Below are positions 28,901-39,800 of a stretch of 64,000 nt of DNA, in pieces. The stretch is from contig OZ237752.1 in assembly GCA_965178125.1 (NCBI GenBank), positions 682,001-746,000 of the forward strand. Reading direction: 5' to 3'. Made by a program: the position numbers and the translations under genes. The notes beneath the pieces are model-generated. The model worked only from the letters and a program-made list of their open reading frames with translations. It did no database searches and was not told where the DNA came from. The stretch's first letter is position 1. Every line of letters begins with the position of its first letter. The stretch comes from Bilabrum cf. latius. Its lineage: Eukaryota.

Positions 28901-29106
28901 AGGAGGGATCCGGGACGGCGGCTCCCGACATCTACATCCGGCTGCGCGACCCAGCCAAATCCACGGCCGTCAAGACGGTGGTCGCGGTTTCTGGCAGCGA
29001 CCCTGTGGCGAAGCTCGAGGCGGATCCAAGCCAAGAGGCCGTGCTTCTGGTCCCGACCCAGTCCAAGGGCACCTGGACGGGCGCATTGCACGCCACGTTC
29101 CAGTGA
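25957..29106 (+). CDS. Secreted glycoside-hydrolase-like protein (~1049 aa), probable (alpha/alpha)6-barrel catalytic region
   Basis: The 1002-codon ORF has no ATG start in the standard code. Reading through TAG 26008 and 26083 reaches ATG 25957 and gives a signal peptide, MVTMRAMLVASAVAVLQ*NLVLA. It has a Cys-rich N-terminal module, several N-x-S/T sequons and an aromatic/acidic core (WPNYGFGLDYW, ADYGRII, GPAEHD, YANFRFWTELM). Ends TGA. The family call is inference. Confidence 0.6.
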
Positions 29107-29426
29107 GGGTGGGAAGGAGGGACGGAGCGAATGAATGATAGAGCTAGTATTGGCTCGGCCGGTGGGGCTTCTGTGGTGCGGGGCTCCGTGCCTGGCATTG
29201 ATAGCGTGCACGTTGATCTTGTTTGCGTTTGCTTAAATACATGAAACGAATGTGCATTCGGATGTGGCTGTACATAAGCTCGGACCCAACCAGGCAGGTT
29301 AGTTCACCTCATCGTGCACTCCTGGCCTTAGTCCACTAGACTCTGCCATAATCCTATGGATCGCCGACACTACTCACGCTGCAAGTCGCCTGCTGCTGCA
29401 GCTGCGCAGTATCTGGTTTATCGGAA

Positions 29427-30662
29427 TCAGAATTTGATGCCGCTGAGGTCCAGCTCCGCTGGCTCTGCCTCGCTGAAAGGAGCAAAGACGGCATCGATCT
29501 GCTCCTGGGTGATCTCTCCCTCCTTCCACTTGGGCTTCCTCCGCTCCACCACCACGGACTTGACGCCCTCGTAGAAATCGGAGCGGCCGGCGGGGTCCGT
29601 CATCCGCATGGCGACCCGCATCTCCATCTGAAGCAGGTCCTGGAGGCTTTTTCCGGCCCCTCGGAGCAGCTGCTCGCGGGTAACAGCGAGGCTGAATGGG
29701 CTCATCGTTGTGAGCGCCTTGCCAGCCCGACCCGCCGCCTTGGCTACCGAAGGATCCGAGCTGCCCGCTGCCTGGTCGCAGCCTTCCCTCATGGCGTCCA
29801 GGGAGGCACCACTACCGAACGTTCCCTCGATGAACTCGCGCATGCGCTCGCTTGCGACCCCGGCGTCCTCCTCGAGCACCTGCTCGGCGTGCTTGCTCAC
29901 CACGGCCTCCACTAGGGCGTGGTCGCGAGATTCCACCCGAGACACATCTCGCTTCAGGTCTTCAATGCGTTCGCTAGGCACAAAATGAGTGGCTACCCCA
30001 GCGGCTACTGCTTCTTTGCCGGCAAGGCGAGCCCCGGTCAGGCCCAGAAACATGCCAAGGCCGCTCGCCAGCCGAGGACTATTTGCCAGAAAGTACGATC
30101 CACCGACATCGGGGAAGAAGCCGATACCTGTTTCAGGCATGGAAAACACGCATCGCTCGGTTGCAATGCGGAAGCTCGCGTTGATCGAGAGCCCGACGCC
30201 GCCGCCCATCGTGATACCGTCCATGAGAGCAACAACTGGAAGTTGTTTTGTCACCTCCGCCAAGGCAAAATCCAGCTAATACTCCTCCCGAAAGAAATCT
30301 TCTTGAGCCTTTCTGGACACCTGTGCCCCGTCTTCGCCGCCAAGTAATACCTTGATGTCGCCACCTGCGCAGAGCGCCTTCTCGCCAGTGCCGGACAAGA
30401 TAATTGAGTTTGTGGCGCTCTCTGCAAAAGCACCGTTCACTAGCGGTGTCATCGTCCTAATCATTCGCAGGTTGAGTGCATTTAGTGCCTTTGGACGGTT
30501 CAGCACAAATTCCTACGAAGATTCCAGCGATTGTGATAGGATCTCAGGTTCGCGAACACTCGACGAGCACGACCGCGCCGGATAACTCCGGGAAATCAGG
30601 CCAAGCTTGGCATATCTGCCGAGCAACTAATGCATACTGCTGCAGACTCGTCGCACTTGCAT
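29427..30662 (-). CDS. HIBCH: 3-hydroxyisobutyryl-CoA hydrolase, mitochondrial (crotonase family)
   Basis: Motifs LNRPKALNALN, KALCAGGDI, FFREEY*LD, MDGITMGGGVGLS, MPETGIGFFPDVGGSYFL, DFYEGV...PKW. Three in-frame TAG (30629, 30515, 30278). The Arg/Ser-rich N-terminus MQVRRVCSSMH*LLGRYAKLGLISRSY looks like a presequence. Stop TGA at 29429..29427. Confidence 0.9.
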
Positions 30663-30781
30663 TATGTGACGCTTATGAGTGCGAAGGAGGTGTTCTTTCT
30701 GCCGACGTGTGGACTCCGAATTGTGCCCGTCACGTACAGCATGATGACAAACAACAACATCATGATGAGCATAAATCGTGC
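30663..30781. promoter_or_regulatory. Very short (119 nt) putative bidirectional promoter
   Basis: Spacer between the HIBCH ATG (30662, -) and the sulfotransferase ATG (30782, +). Confidence 0.35.
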
Positions 30782-32851
30782 ATGGCAGTCATAAACAGAG
30801 TACCACTTGTAGCGATCGTTTCCCTTGTTCACCTGTTGGTGGTCGTCGTCAGCGGTAGGTTGAGACATTTACTACCGGCGATCCAGCCGCGTCTTCAAAT
30901 AAGCTGGATCGGCATGTTCGGGACGAGACCATTCGCACTGCAAGACAGATCAGGTAGAACTGCAATGTTCATAACCAGCCCGCAAAAAGTAGCTTCGAGT
31001 GCCATCAGTCAATGCTTCGATAGCTTGCCGAGAATGGGGGCCGGCTGTATTGGATACCTGAGGGCTGCGAATAGTTTTGACGGTTCCATGACCTTATATG
31101 GGCACAGCGACTAGTTTAATTCCATTGGAACGGTATGGCGACAGGCACACGCTGCGCTTGGCGAGTCCGGTATGTCTGGCTCCTTGCTGGCCGAGCCAGC
31201 TAGATGGGTGCAGGTCGCTGGCTCGACGCTTTGCCGCAAGGCGGAGCTATTCGCCGTGCATGATTCACACGAATGTTTTGAAATGTTAAAAGTGTTAGTT
31301 TCAAGAGGCGGCCTGCTGAATCCACGCACTGGCATTGCATCCAGTGCTGGCGTTCATGCTGCCTACAGCATCCCGCCGATTCATACCGTCGTGCAGCGGT
31401 TCGAAGCTTGGATCAACCGTACCAGTAGCAAACCCATGCATACTATTCCAGATCAGGAGGTCGCAAGCACCTCTTTAGAAGCTCTGCGGGCGCCCTTGCC
31501 ACCTGTGGTGCTCGTGGGTAGGCATCCAGCCTCCCGGTTTTTGTCTGCTCTTTTGAATAAGGTTGTGTAGGGTGTTCGGTTGGACAGCGCCATACTTCCA
31601 TTGCAAGTCATGAACACAACTCTTGGCATAAAAATAAGAGGATCGGGCCATTTGCTCGGGCTGGGGCAGGCCTTCACCATGGCCTCTATACGAAGGCACC
31701 CATTGGGGCCAAAGGCACACGAATGGCGCAATCGTCACCTACATGCTATCTCCAGCTGTATTGACGAGCATGGTGTGCCTGGAGCTAGAACTCAGCCACC
31801 CACTCGACTAGATGGCGATGCAAGAGGTGAAGTAATTGAGATGGTGACGGGCTTCCAAGCTCCTAACCGAGTGAATGAGTACCTTGCTACTGCCCGTCAA
31901 GCAGTACTGGTCGACAGGCATAAGGCCGCAGAGACGTGGGAATTCGAGCTTAGACGCAGGGGTCAGCAATCAGGTGAAAGCACAGTGGAACCTTGCTTGG
32001 GGGGTTATTGCTACGGCGATCACGATCTGCCCAGCGAGCTTGACGTGCCCCTCGTACCTGAGCTGTAGCCCAGCGCGCTACGGGCCAGATCTGGCTTTAG
32101 CGCTACCCACCCTGAAATCAAATCAGTTGCTGAATCAGCCACCGAGCCCCTCAAAGGGGACCTGTCCCAGGACCCTGCCCTCGTGTGTCTCACCCGAGCG
32201 GCGCTCAAAGCGGTTGCCGAGGGCCTGAACCACAGCCTGGCAGGGGCGCCTGACCGCAGCGGGTTGCAGCCCTGGGCGCTGATCGAGTCGCATTTCTATC
32301 CGCAGCACGTTTAGGTGCGCAATTCGCTGCCTAGGATCATGCACGAGCCCGACGCTGCGAACTGGCTGCCACCGAGCGCGGTCAAGCGGCCGTGGCTGCT
32401 GTCAATGGAGGAGCAGGCGCGGCTCGGTCCGGAGGTGGGCGTGGGCGGGTCGGGTATGCCCGCGTCAGTGGACCTCGTGATGGTGGAAGAAGGGAGGCGA
32501 GAGGCGTTGTGGTAGGGTTTGCGTTCGGCCATCGATCGCCGCTTGCTGGGGCGGGGAGTCGGCAGCGTCGTCCCGGGGGGGGAAGCCGGGCTGCCGCATG
32601 AAAGCGGGGAACTGATCCGGCTCGTGCGCGACAAGCTTGCAGAGTTGGAGGATGTGGCTGTGCGAAAGCGTATGAACCGACTGCGTGAAGGAGAGCGCGA
32701 ACCCGCTGACGCAGAGCACGAGACTGGGTCGTCAGTGCCGAGGGCCATTCGGCTGATCGAGGCAGCTGGACCTGGCGCCGTGAGAGACTTTATGACGGCG
32801 TATGGACAGGACTTTGACTACTTGGGAATTAATCGCCCAGCTGGTTGGTAA
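30782..32851 (+). CDS. Sulfotransfer_2 (carbohydrate sulfotransferase/HNK-1ST-like) family protein, ~689 aa, with N-terminal signal/anchor
   Basis: Five track ORFs in one frame joined by 5 TAG, ending at TAA 32849. Motifs: 5'-PSB-like FITSPQKVASSAI, 3'-PB-like VGRHPASRFLSALLNK, ESHFYPQ (cf. HWxPQ) and C-terminal FMTAYGQDFDYLG (cf. YxxDFxxFGY). Hydrophobic N-terminus MAVINRVPLVAIVSLVHLLVVVVSG. Confidence 0.75.
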
Positions 32852-33437
32852 ATGTTCATGGGAAGGAGCTGCCTGCGTGGATAGTCGACGCGCCGGGATC
32901 GTCGTTGCAACCACGCGCGGCGCGCGCCCTGTGCTGGCGACCGCAGGCACTTGTAAAGTGTGTTGCCTGTAGGCATAGAGAGGCAATGCATGTCACAATT
33001 GAAGGCGATAAAGAGTTGTATTGTATTGTTTGGGCATAGGGTGACATCAGCTTTTTAAACGATCAAGATGCCATAGCGCAAATCAGTGCATTGACGTGCC
33101 GTGTCATTTTAAGTGATACTCAAGTTCAGTGCATTCCTTTGCCGCCACGACGCCGCACCTCTGGGTGAGTCAGACTTGCCACTGCCACAGTGCCAGTGGT
33201 TCTCCTTCTCTGTTGAAGGCCGATCGGCGATCGGCGCTAGCATTGAACATAACCGCCAGTATTTAGAGCCGTGCCAGCACTCTACAACCTCCAACGGCTG
33301 GTTCTATCCTTATACCGCCGTGAATTTGCAGCGAGATGGAGTTGTTTGCTTGTATGTACTGCGGGATGGTGTGCTGTCATTGCAGTGGCCAGGTTTGCGC
33401 GTCCTGTAGGGGCAACCAGCCATCAGATCACGAAAGT

Positions 33438-36400
33438 ATGAGCACATCCAGTGCAACAGGCGATATCATGCATCATAATACACAGGTATCGAGTCGAGGA
33501 GGTTCAGTGGAGCGTCCTACCGGTATGGTGGCTGGCTCACTACGTACCGGGTACTTGTACCCCCTCCTTCAGCAGTAGTAGCCGGCTTTACAGTGGCATA
33601 CGCGCTCCAGTAGTTCATTAGAGAAATCTCATGCAGCACGTATGCCGGACTTCAGACAATTTCGCGAAGTTGCATTTGCCACTCCGACATTCCCGCGTCA
33701 CCCCGCCCCACAGCTTCAACAGCCAATGTCGGCGCGCGGTGAGGATGAGGCCGACCCGCTCTAGGCCCATCATTCTTCTAATGCCCATTCCACGCATGGG
33801 GTTGATACTTGGAGCTTGCAGGATGTCGTGGCTGTGTGCTAGTCGCTGCCCAGTGAGGCTGAGGTCGAGTTTAGAATAGCCCATGCTGTCTCTGTTGGGA
33901 TCAGGCGTCAGAATATCGCTGACTCCATTGCTAGAGAATGTCAGTCACTAGTAGCAGACTTTGACCGCGCAGCTCTAGAGTCGAGGCTGCAGTTGCAGCA
34001 TGGTCTGGCGCGGTACGGCGGGATTCCACTGGCTCTGCAAGCGCACGCAGCGAGGCTGTTTGGCGCAGCCATTCGCTCCGCAGTGCAATGTGCTGGGGCA
34101 ACTCGCCGGAGAAGGACTTCGTCTACCGCTGGTGCTGCTGGTGCTGCTGCTGGTGCTGCTGGTGTGCGAGACGGCGACATGGAAGCATGTCACAGGGACA
34201 TTTCCATCGCATCTTCGGTAGCTAACAGCCTGCCCCTGCCAGTCGCTATGTTCTCTGTACCGAGGCATCACGACCTTGAGCAGCTTGTAGAAGCAAGTAG
34301 ATAGCTTGAGAGGGACAAGGCCGCCGGCGATGTCCTGGACGCAAGGATGGCTCACCTACTCGAGAGCTGCGGTCTGCTCGCGGCTTCCAGAACTGCATAG
34401 CATGGCGCTTCCAGTCCTTCTGATAAGGCGAGTAGCCGCCATGAGTAGGAGCCCACGGATGTTCGAGAAATGGGGCCAGCTGCGAAGTCCGCTCCCGCCA
34501 GAACTGCGGAAACAGCAAATGTCCACTCTGTCGGGGCACGGCCTGACGCCGCACCCAGCCAGGCCGTCAAGATGCTTGAGGCTGGTCTCTCGCGGTACTT
34601 GGTGCACTACAACGATGCAATGGCTTCATTGCTGGGATACAAGATAGATGGGATGCCTCAGGCACTCGTGGGCTCGCACAGACTGCATGCACTCACGACG
34701 TCATCAGCAATTAGTAGCTTGCTGAACCTCAGCCTGTCCACCGAAATGCTCATCAGGCATGCCCTCATACCTTCAGTCGATCTGCTACGATTGGAAGTAG
34801 CAAGCAAAGCCTCAGGTACAAAAGAAAATTCAGCGGGCACGTTCTAGGCAGCAGCTCATGCGCCCGGAAGCACACTTCTGTCCACAGAGGAAGTAAGGCA
34901 GGTCTTCGCCGCTGGGCGCGTTATGCTAGACAGATCTCTCTCTGCAGGTACAAAACAGCCGACCAGCGCATCATCTCGTTCCGGTCCTGGTTCCCAAGTC
35001 CATGAAGACTCATACCACTCATCCACTGGTCCAGGCTCTTCCAAACGAGATGGGACACGCAGCGCCCCACTCCAAGAGGACTGGTACAGCAGGCCTGTCC
35101 CTCTCATGTCTGGTAGAAGCGTCCGGGTGGTACGGGAGAGCAGCGATTTGGTTGGCTAGCTTGTATTTCGTAGCGGTACGGTGTTGTCCAGAACAACAGC
35201 AGCGGCTGTCGCTGGCCTGCAGAGGACGGACCCAGTGGAGGATATGGGGATTCCTGCCAAGGAGAGGCGCAGGGGGAAGATGCCGTTCTTCAATGCAGTG
35301 TTTCCCAACACCCGGCGCGTAGGATTAGAACTGCCTGGTGCTGATGATGGCAATAGTCACCACGATGACGATGACCGAGAACGGGACAGCGGGAGTACAG
35401 CAGGTACTACTCTCGGCGAAGCCACGGTGTCAGTGCTGGCTACCACTGATCCGGACAGCGCGGCTAATTTGCTACAGCCCCAGGAAACCAGGTCAACCCA
35501 AGCGCCTCCTGGCTTAACTGCAGGAGATGACGACCATCAGGCGGACGAGAGTGATCTGAACGTAGCAGGAGGTGACCTTGTCGCGAATAGCAACTGGAAC
35601 AGACTTGGTTGCGTCTGGGCTTGTGAGGCTGGTGCCCTGCAGCACGATGTGTTCGCATTGCTGGGAGAAATGCGCGCTCGTGAGGCTGCCTCAGACGGAC
35701 GCAAAGTGCCTGCCTCGGAGGGTACTGGCGCAAGCTAGCGCCCGGACAGGGTCACGAGTCCCTCTGCGGTAGGCTCAGCCGTGGGGACTGATACTACCCT
35801 ACTGGAGCGCGAGACTGCAGTTTCTAGCAGTAGCGGCAGCCACGACGTCGGCGAACGACGCAATAGCATCTTGGACTTCGGTAGTGCCCGTCAGGTCGCC
35901 TGCAGGTGGGCCTTTCAGGATCGCTCCAACGACGCGATTCGCGCCGCTGCCGCCGCCGCTGCCGCTGCTTCTCCTGCCGCTCCGAGTTTACCCACCGGGC
36001 GTGCTGATCCTATCGTTGGCCGTGCCGCGGGTAAAAGCGATGGGTAGGAACCATCCAGGCCATGTAGCGCTGATTTCGAGTTTTCGCGTGCCATACACAC
36101 CAAGGGCGTTCCAGTGGATTGGCCAGGGCCTGCGACGCAGCTGCTGGACGGAGTTGCGACGATGGGAGCTGCATTTGAGCCGCTTCTGTGGACCACTGGC
36201 CAATAGGCCAGGCGGAAGCTGGGATCAAGCGTGCTAGCTACTGCAAGCGTGAGGCTGCAACAGACATGCCTGGGCCTGTAGCAGTCGCTGCCCGGCGCAG
36301 TCGGTGCTATGACAGGCCTGTGTCCGCGGGTAGGAGATAGTGACGGTAGCATTGGCTTTGGAAAATCATACTCGGGCCTAGAAGCAGATGGCTTAGTGGT

Positions 36401-36602
36401 TTTGCCACACGATTTTGTTCGGGTCCACGACCTGTCTCGGATTGCAGTGCCTGTCGGTTCTCTTCGGCTCGTGTCGATGATTGCTGCAAAGCTGGCAGCT
36501 AGGGCTGTCGTTGAGTACCATCAGGCGCGTGGATCTCGCGCAGCAGCCCGATTTGAGGGGTCGTAGGGTCGAGACGGGCAGTAGGCGAGGCCTGGTGATT
36601 GA
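33438..36602 (+). CDS. Hypothetical protein (~1054 aa), low-complexity; start uncertain
   Basis: ORFs from 33336..33578 to 36309..36566 share one frame. The gaps contain only TAG (15, including CAG CAG TAG TAG at 33570-33581). TGA at 36600. No family recognised. Confidence 0.65.
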
Positions 36603-36851
36603 GAGGCTGAGATACTTGCGTTACCTGCTGAAGGTACGGTGTAGCCATCTTTCGCACTTCGGGTCAATCAAATAGTTTGAATAGATTTGTCACTTAATTT
36701 GTTGCACTTTTGGTACGTTCTATGCAATTTCACGGGGCAAATCACTGTCCGTAAGCTTGCTTAGTAGCGTGCTAAACCAAGTAAAATTAGCTTTTCTCTC
36801 GAATCCCATCTTTGCAAAGCCTTTGTCGGGCTGCAGGCGCCCTAGTGCAAT

Positions 36852-39800
36852 ATGGTTGACACTACTGATAATATTTAGCGCCTTTCCGGAGTGGTGCAGC
36901 AGTTTCTATCGGATGGATTTAACAATGGAGCTACCGAGAGTTTCTAGCAACTCTGTCGGCTGCTTAAATCTGAACTGCTAAATCCATTCGGTGTGCATGG
37001 AGCTGGCGATCATGTGACACCGTAAGCTTTTGTTTTGATTCGATGGATAAGACCTGGTGTCTTCATCACGACCAAGGTGCAGTGCCAGGGCAGCCACATC
37101 GTCTGTTGATCCTCCTGCTGCACATCGCACTTCTGCACGATTCCAAACCCTGCGTTTCGCAGACCTGACGGGGCCCGCCCAAATCGCGAGATCGATCCTA
37201 TGGGTGCAATGCGTGATGAGGTTGCCCGGCGTGCCTTGGTCTAGCTGGAACCGCACGCGGATGCTCTGTTGAAATCAAGCCCACCGTATGCTAGCTTCTT
37301 TGATGGTTGCGATGGTGATGATGGGGCAGAGATTGCGACCAGAATATTTTTCTATAATAGAAGCTTACTTCTTGCCTGCCTAGAAGACATGCTGGAGGGG
37401 TTGGCAGACCTTGGGCTGACAGCAGACAAGCGCGAGGTACTGGTGGACGTCGTGATGAGGCTGGTGGTGAGTTGTAGCGATCTATCCTCTCGTTGTTGCC
37501 CCCTCGAATGCACCTGGTATACAATGAATGAACCCATGAACATTGCTTCGCTCACCCTCGCAGCAACCGCCGCCGTCCAGCGAGTATGGATTCGGGCTCC
37601 CAGTTCATCTCCGTGAAGGCATCATCAAGATGAAGAGGTTGCGAAGGTCTAGAGATCCGCTCGTGGCAGAGCGAGCTCAAGCAGACAGGGTGTCAGCCGC
37701 TCGTTGCCTTGCGTTCCTCTACAGATCCGTCCAGATCACCATCACCTCGCCCTCGCCGTCTGGTGGAGCGAGGCGCCCGGACGGGGGTGAGCTTAAGCAG
37801 CTGATCGAAATCACAAGGTAGGCGTCCAACGAATTGTTCGAAGCTGTGGACCCAGCCGACAAGGAAGACGCCAAAGAGCTCCTTGGGCCGCTGATGGCGG
37901 CGCTTTTCTGCGCCAGTGACGCCCACAGCCCTCGCTTATCGCGACCACTGCCCGGCAGGCCGCCTGCGTACAGGTACGAAGCACTGTCTCGGATGCTCTT
38001 CGTGTTTACGAGCGAGGCTGACATCGGCAAAGAGGTGGGACTCGACAGGCGGCTGGGCCTCTCAACCAGGAAGAAGACCGGGCTGCTGTCAGCCTCCAAA
38101 ATGAACTGGAAGCACGACGCCGCATACGGGGCTCACCTGATCGCGCTGGGTCAGCTGCTGACTGGCATGCACAAGGCAGAAGAAATACTTAGAACGCAAG
38201 AAGTCGTTGGGAGTGCTAGGCTCCTTTTGGATGACGAGTTGACGGACATGGCTGCATCTGGCGCGGGAGCCGATGGAGATGCCGCGGGCGGCCACGCCGG
38301 CGTATTGCGTGCACAGCTGGCGCAGGACCCCCTGGACGTCGCGTTTGATGATGACATAATCAGAGACATTGAAACTAACAGGGAGGAGAAACGGCGCAAG
38401 ATGGCGGAATGGGGTCGCCGCGCGTGCCAGGAGGTTCTCAAGACGGCCATGAGGAAGCAGGGCGTCCGATTCCTGTGCCGGCTCTCGGCGAGGCCAGCAC
38501 TGCGGTGCTCCAAGCTCGCCGGGTCTGTGTGGCCCGAAGCCGTGCATCGCGCCATTGCAGTGTCGCGATGGTGCCATTCCGAAGTCGTCAGCCGTACTCT
38601 GAGGAAGATGGTGCAGCGTACAAAGCAGTCCCGGGCTATTGTGAGCACTTGCGATTTTTGTTGCTGCCGTCGTGCCCTGAGCCTCGCGTTTCTGCTTGCA
38701 GAACGTTTTCCTTTGCGTGTCGTGCCGTGCGTTGTTGTTCCTGATTGCACCGCCTGCAGCCTTTCCCAGTCCCCACAAACTTTCTATTGATGACACCTTT
38801 GTGTTCTGTGGTCGCAGACCTCTTCCATCCAGCGGGAGCTGAACTCCTGCGACTACATCCAGCACTGGGCGGCGCTTCACGCGCAGGTTGCAAGGGCCGC
38901 GCCGCAGCTGGCGTGCTACGCCGTGGATGACGTCGGCTCGCTGGCTCAGGTCGAGTCCTCCCCGGCCTTGCAAGAGGCTCTGGATGCCGCGGAGGATGAT
39001 GTGGACGAGGACCGAGTGATTGGCATGCTGCCGGTAGACCACCGCCTCCACGGCTGGCTGCACTTTGTGGCCCAGTCAGTCGAGTAGGACAGCACCAGCG
39101 GTGCAACTGCGTTCGCTGTCGACGCCGCAGCCGTCGCCACGGGACCTAGGTGCGGAACGACGCGACTCCCAGCGGCCCAGCTGGTGCTGCAGTACCTACT
39201 GGCGGACGCCTCTCACGCCATGGAGGCGGCCATGGACGCCATGAGGCCACGGAAGGCCCTGGAAGCGGTGGCTGACGCCGTGGCACCGGACAGGGCCAAC
39301 GCCGTCTCGGGGGGTGGTCGCGGAGCAGAGGCGGGCCACCTGGGCAATGTCACCATTCAGGCCATGCAGGCTGCCGACGAGAAGCTCAAATCGAGCGCTG
39401 TGCTGTAGCGCATCCTTCCTTCGGCGCGCATCGGAGACGCTCGAAGCTCTGCCGATGCGGCGCTCGCCAACCAAGGAGGCCGAACCCGTTCCACGCAGTG
39501 CCCCGACCACCTGACACTCTTCGGGATGATCGCCTTCCTGCGACGAACTGCCGCTAGCTGCGACCTCACCCAGCTGAGCCGCCGGCGCGACGCTATCAAG
39601 GCTCAGATCGAGCAGGTGGATCCCGACTTCAGGGAGCAAGATTTTGCTGCGGGTGCCGCCGCGGGTGCGTTGGCCAGCAGCGGTACGGGGAGGCATTCGC
39701 TGCCTCGGTTCTCCGACGACCCCGAGCTCAGGCGGCTCCAGCAGGAGCTGCTTCGCATCAACGGCAGGATTGACGCTGTTCGGAACCTGACGGATGCTGC

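Noticed and set aside
34128-34163. GCT/GGT-rich short tandem repeats (also near 35943-35969)
   Set aside because: These are coding Ala/Gly tracts. There is no repeat-spacer structure, so not CRISPR or satellite DNA.
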